From the human T2T-CHM13v2.0 reference genome, Homo sapiens, in assembly GCF_009914755.1 (NCBI RefSeq), contig NC_060945.1: a stretch of DNA of 64,000 bases. One strand, written 5' to 3'. The stretch's first letter is position 1. Every line of letters begins with the position of its first letter. Shown here piece after piece: positions 58,912-64,000 of this stretch. A program made the translations under genes and the position numbers. Under the pieces are notes generated by a model, which saw only the letters and a list, made by a program, of their open reading frames with translations, had not been told where the DNA came from and made no database searches.

Positions 58912-59388
58912 TGTGACAGTTAGTTTTATGTGTCAATCTGATGAGACTCTAGTACCTAGTTATTTCATCAAACACGGATCTAGATGTTGCTGTGAACATA
59001 TTTCGTAAATGTGGTTAACATCTACAATCAGGAGACTTTAAGTACAGGAGCTTATTCTCAATACTGTGAATGGCCCACTCTCAATCAGTTGGAAGAGGCC
59101 TCATGAGGAAAGACTGACATTTCCTAGAGAAGAATTCTGCCTCAAGACTAGAGGATCACACTCTTGCCTGAGTTTCTAGCCTGCTGGCCTAACCTACAGA
59201 TTTTGGACTTGACGGCCTCCATAATTGCAGAAGCTCCGTCCTTAAAATAAATCTCCTTAGATAGATGATAGATAGACAGACAGACAGACAGAGATCTGTA
59301 TCTATCTCTATCTACCTACCTACCTATCAATCTATATCTACCTAACATCTATCTGTACATATGTATCTCCCGTTTGTTCTGTTCCTCT
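58912..59388 (+). mobile_element. MLT2D-like ERVL LTR with an internal (GATA/GACA/TACC)n microsatellite
   Basis: tgtgacagttagttttatgtgtcaa start; gaagaattctgcctcaagact; ccttaaaataaatctc. Confidence 0.82.
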
Positions 59389-61236
59389 TAACTATAATAT
59401 GCATCCGAAAGAGCACAGTCATCTATGTGGATGACAATTGCTTTGTAATAAATAAAAGAGCTGTATGTTATCAAATGTCACTCGATTACCCACATGCCCT
59501 GCTCCCGGCCCCTGGAAGGAGCGATGTGAAGTCAGAACGGTGAGCTGGGAGCAGGCAGTCAACTTGGTCCTTCTCAGCTTGACTATGTATCAGTGTCACT
59601 GTAGGGGGTGTGGGAGGTATGGGGTAGGAAGAGTTTGTTAAAAATGCAGCCTCTCAGAGTTCTACCCTCCAAAGTTCTGAATCTATGGGTCCGGGTCCAG
59701 AAGTCTGCATCTTAACAATCCCCCAGAGTGATTCTACTTCAGGCGGCCCTTTGAGAAATACAGCTTACAGGATGGCCCCCAAGCCTCCAGACCAGGCCCA
59801 AATCCATTCTCCATTTTCCCATTAGGTCCTTCAAGTGCTGAAGCTAAGAGCAAGGGGGGCCAGTTTTTACCCCCTGGTTAGTGCCCTGGCCTGGCTGTGC
59901 CTCTTGAAGTCCAAACACTTAATGCCAGGAAAGGTACATGTGAGGCCTTCTAGCTCCCATGGTGTACTGACTAAGCTGATGGACTCTTTAACCAGACCGC
60001 GCAGCGTTCAAATTCCAGCTTGGTCTTTTAATGACTGTTTTTACAACTGCATGTCACACTATTTCTTTGCTTCTGCAATTGTGGTATCATCTTCTGACGT
60101 GACATATGGTGGGCTTGCTCCACTTGCCAATCCAATAGCAGATTTGATTTTACCTCTTCCCACAATTTCAGGTTTAAACAGCAAAATATGAATGTGTTGG
60201 TCTGAATACCCTGGTGGCTTCGCAGTTTGATACTGATCTGCGGCCTCCTTTTATAGTACAATCCTCATCGAGTCAGTACGATAGGAAGAAACTCAAGACA
60301 CACTCCAGGCACTGGTCCTACAACAACCCCCAGCTTTGAGGCTTTCCTTCCCTCCCGAAAAGCTTCTCTGGGTACACGCAGAGTAGCTTTGTTCCTCCTC
60401 CAACAAAGAAAGCTGGCCCATCCCTTCCCAACCTCAAGGTACATTCCCATTAGCTGATGTGAACCTTGTTTGCCTGTGCTTGAGAATCAAGAAGAATGGG
60501 GCCGACCTTACATGTGACTGGATCTTTATCGAAGTCTTTACCAGGAAGACAGCTATCAGGATACTATGAAGGTTACGGGGGCAGAGCAAGGAGGACAGCG
60601 GGGGTGGTGGCGCTCATAAAACTTAAAGATAAGGAAGCAGAGGCCTCTTGCCGTGTTTGTTCAGAGGATCTTCCACCTTCCATGGCCTTCCAATAACTGA
60701 TCTCCCCTACCTTCCAGCACTTGCTGACCTGCCCTCACCTCCTGCCTCTGGCCTCTTGCAGACACAGACCTGCAAAACATCTGCAAAAACAGTGCTGGGC
60801 TGCCCTGGCTGTTAACAGAGGACTCACAGAGTCTATTTAGTTTTCGAGTTCTGATTTTATCTTGTTTATAAAATCCATATGGAGAGAGAAGGAAAAAGAG
60901 AGTAGGGGGAACAAATAACTTCAGGCTATCAAGAGTAGGTTGATAATCAAGAGTACGTTGGCTTCTGGCAGATATGGTGTCTCTTTTGGGCCTGGGGTTT
61001 GGCTTTGCCGATTCCATTGCTCACAGCTTCTCCTCCGGTCAGTCCAGCTGCTTATTTGAGCATTTTGCAGAAGAGGAAGTTTAAACTCAGAGCTGAACTC
61101 CAGGATTGAGGTTGTTATTAACTTTGTCATCTGAGCTTGTCCTCTCTCATCAACGGAAGAGAAGTTGGCTGTATCTAATCTGGACTAGGGCTCTGAAGAC
61201 CCGATCCGGGTCTCTGGCACCTGCTGGCTGTGTGAC

Positions 61237-61598
61237 TGTATTAGTACGTTTTCACATTACTGATAAAGAAAGTTTACCCAAGACTGGGTAACTTATAAAG
61301 AAAAAGAGGTTTAATGGACTCACAGTCCCATGTGACTGGGGAGGCCTCACAATCATGGTGGAAGGTGAAAGGCATGTCTTACATGGCAGCAGGCAAGAGA
61401 GAAGCTTGTGCAGGGGAGACTCCTATTTATAAAACCATCAGATCTTGTGAGACTTATTCATTACCACAAGAACAGCAGGGGAAAGACCCGCCCCCATGAT
61501 TCAATTACCTCCCACTGGGTCCATCCCATGACATGTGGGAATTATGGGAACTACAATTCAAGATGAGATGTGGGTGGAAACACAGCCAAACCATATCA
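61237..61598 (-). mobile_element. THE1B-like solo LTR inserted into a MIR
   Basis: tgtattagt ... ccaaaccatatca; perfect TSD gtgac; removing it restores the MIR core gctgtgtgaccttggg. Confidence 0.94.
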
Positions 61599-63069
61599 GT
61601 GACCTTGGGTGAGTCCAAGGCCAGGCTCTCTAAGTCTTGGTTTTTCATCTGGAAAATAGAGGTAATACAAGGAATGTTTGTGAAGATCTGACACATAATG
61701 AGAGCTCAAAACATGTTAGCTATTTGGTCTTACTCTTTCTCCCTTGTAATGACTTCATCTTGTAAGTGCCACATGCCCTTCCCTGGATCACCTTCCCTAA
61801 CTTATATGGCTGTTGGAGAATTAATTGCAACAAGGGTCACAAACACATCTTGTAAATGTGATTCAAACTCCACACTAATGCCCAGATCATCATAATTACC
61901 TCTCTAACCTTCATCTTGCTTTAGTTTATCTTTCCCTCCATATCTGGAATACCCTCCATTCTCCCCTTTTTTCTGCTTAAAAAATTCCTGCTGAAGATCC
62001 AATCAAGTATCCCTCTCTCTAAGAAGCCCTCTCCAGCCTCCCCAGGCCTCTGGCTGTTTCCTTTACTGAATGCATAGAGTTATATTTATAGTTTTCCATC
62101 CTGATTCCATCATTTGAATCCAAGTTCTTCTAAGGTCAGAAGCTAGACCATGTTCTTTCACAAATCCTAGGGTCTAGCAAAATACTTTACACAGAGTAAG
62201 GACCCGGTAAATAAATGGAAGGGTGGATGAATGGATGGGTGAATGGATGAAAAGATGATGAATGGACAGATGGATGGAAGGATGGACGGTTAAGTGGTTG
62301 AATGGATGGGAGAATTTTGTAGACACGTCTCAAGAACCATCAATAGTTGATATCCAGTCTCTCAATGTCTCTACTGTGCTAAAATGATTCCCTTGTCTTC
62401 AGCTGACATTTATCAGTGATTGGTACAATGAGCATAGGAGGACTGATGGACTTCTAGCAAAAGGTTAATTCACTCAACTCCACATCTAAAATATGATCTT
62501 AGGAGATTTTGGCCTGCAGTTGGTCTTCTCCAGGGGAGTCAGCCTATGGCAGGTTGGATGCTCATCCCAGCTGGAATCATGGTGTCTGTCCAACTCTTCC
62601 AACTCCTATAGAAGACCTGCCATGGCAAACTCAACCAAATATGTCACAGCCTTTGTGATCAGGAAGGGTTTCTCAGCATCCTTTACAAATCTCTAAAGCT
62701 ACGGAAGAAAATTACTACCTCTTGTTAAGATGGACCATGGTATTTAACAAAGATCGCTGGGTTGGAAACCAGGACGTCTATGCTCTTGGCCTGGTTCTGC
62801 CACTAATTTGCTCTGGGATTTGGGGCCAGCCACTTCACCTCCATAGACCTTAGCCTCTTTGTGAGAAAAATGGGGACTGTATGATTTCAAGGCCCTGTTC
62901 GGCTCTGCAAGGCATGATTTCATGTTCTGCAGGGCCGCAGGCTCTAAGACCCCAACTTAGCCCTGCAAGATGGACTTCAGAGGCCCTTCCCTGCAATCCT
63001 CCTGCTTGGCCCTGCTGTCTGCCCACAGACTTCCCACGGAGAGGAGAACACAGCCCACGGTGGTTACCA

Positions 63070-63280
63070 GCACGGAGCTTGGCTCTGTTGCCCACTAGCT
63101 CTGTGGCCTTCGGCAAGTTCCTTAACCTCTCTGTGCCTCAGTTTCCTGATGCATAAGATGAGATAACAAAGGGACCCACCTGCTAGGGCAGTTAGAGGAT
63201 AAAAGGACAAAATGCACAGAAAGTGCTTATTATGGTGCCAAATGCAGAGGAAGTGCTGGAGAGATGGGAGTTATGATGAT
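63070..63280 (+). mobile_element. MIR
   Basis: ctagctctgtggccttcggcaagttccttaacctctctgtgcctcagtttcctg. Confidence 0.85.
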
Positions 63281-64000
63281 GGTGTTTATGAGAGACTGAT
63301 GGCAGAAGCCACAGATTCTGGCCTCTCATCCATTGAGACCTCCCTGACAGCCGCCTCAATACCAGGACTCTTAGATCTGCAGGTCCTGGTTCTTAAAGGC
63401 ACGTTCAGCCTCCACACTCCTGATGTGTGCCTGGGCCAAGGATAGGGAGCCCCAGCAGCTTGAATTAAACCATTGTCTGGATAAAGGGGGAGCCCACAGG
63501 GAGCAGGGGCCGTTCCTAGCTCTCTGGGCTGCCTGAGCGCCCCTTCCTCTATTTTCTCCCCTTGTTCTTGTGGCCCTGTGGCTGCTTTTATCAGAGCAGA
63601 GGGGCTCTGACCCCTGACGGGGGAAAATGGCCGCCCTCCTCCCTCATGGCAATTATTCTCAACTGCATCAGAGCCAGAGCTCTGGGCCCAGGAGGGCTGC
63701 TTTAGCACAGGGTGGGCTTGGAGGAGGCAGCTGTTCCCCATCGGAACATTTTGAAAGTGGCTTTGTCTCCAACCAGCAACCCTTTGGCGCCGGATTCCTG
63801 TGCACCTTCGAGCAACAAGGCAGCAAAGTGGTCCATCCACCCACAGAGGAAGAAACTGCGGCCGTCCCGCTGATGCTGAGAAAAGGAGCGCTCAGCTGGT
63901 CTTTCGGTCTGCGGGGGCTGCCGTGACAAAACACCACAGGCCGGGGGCTCACACGGCAGAAATGGGTCGTCTAAGTTCAGGAGGGTGGAAGTCTAAGATC

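Noticed and set aside
59258-59320. Strand switch (GATA/GACA)n to (TATC)n forming a rough hairpin
   Set aside because: Low-complexity microsatellite at the usual simple-repeat position of MLT2 LTRs, with imperfect pairing.
63286-63952. 184-aa ORF and neighbouring ORFs near the GC-richer window end
   Set aside because: No recognisable domain. The CpG rise after about 63780 may be the edge of a regulatory element but is cut off by the window.

Overview
This is primate (Alu- and L1PA-bearing, human-like) non-coding genomic DNA. I can support no intact protein-coding gene, and most supplied ORFs come from repeats or are short chance frames. Much of the window is transposon-derived: Alu/FLAM, L1 from L1ME-type to L1PA, L2, MIR, MaLR and other ERV LTRs, and Tigger/hAT MITEs, many with readable target-site duplications (TSDs). 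Notable items: (1) an ungapped 250-bp inverted repeat (45346-45595 / 48321-48570, 232/250 identical, 86-bp perfect core) that I do not recognise as a TE; (2) a heavily decayed, intronless cTAGE5/MIA2-like retrocopy (~34600-36600) containing an old L1 ORF1 fragment, downstream of a CpG-rich patch; (3) a 3.7-kb twin-primed L1PA with a 5' inversion; (4) a 1.86-kb 15-bp VNTR with higher-order structure; (5) a TA-rich quasi-palindrome inside an MLT2A LTR; (6) a 38-nt tailless U2 snRNA retropseudogene. I see no clear evidence of a new multi-gene system. Repeat subfamily names and protein homologies come from my recall of consensus sequences, not from database searches.
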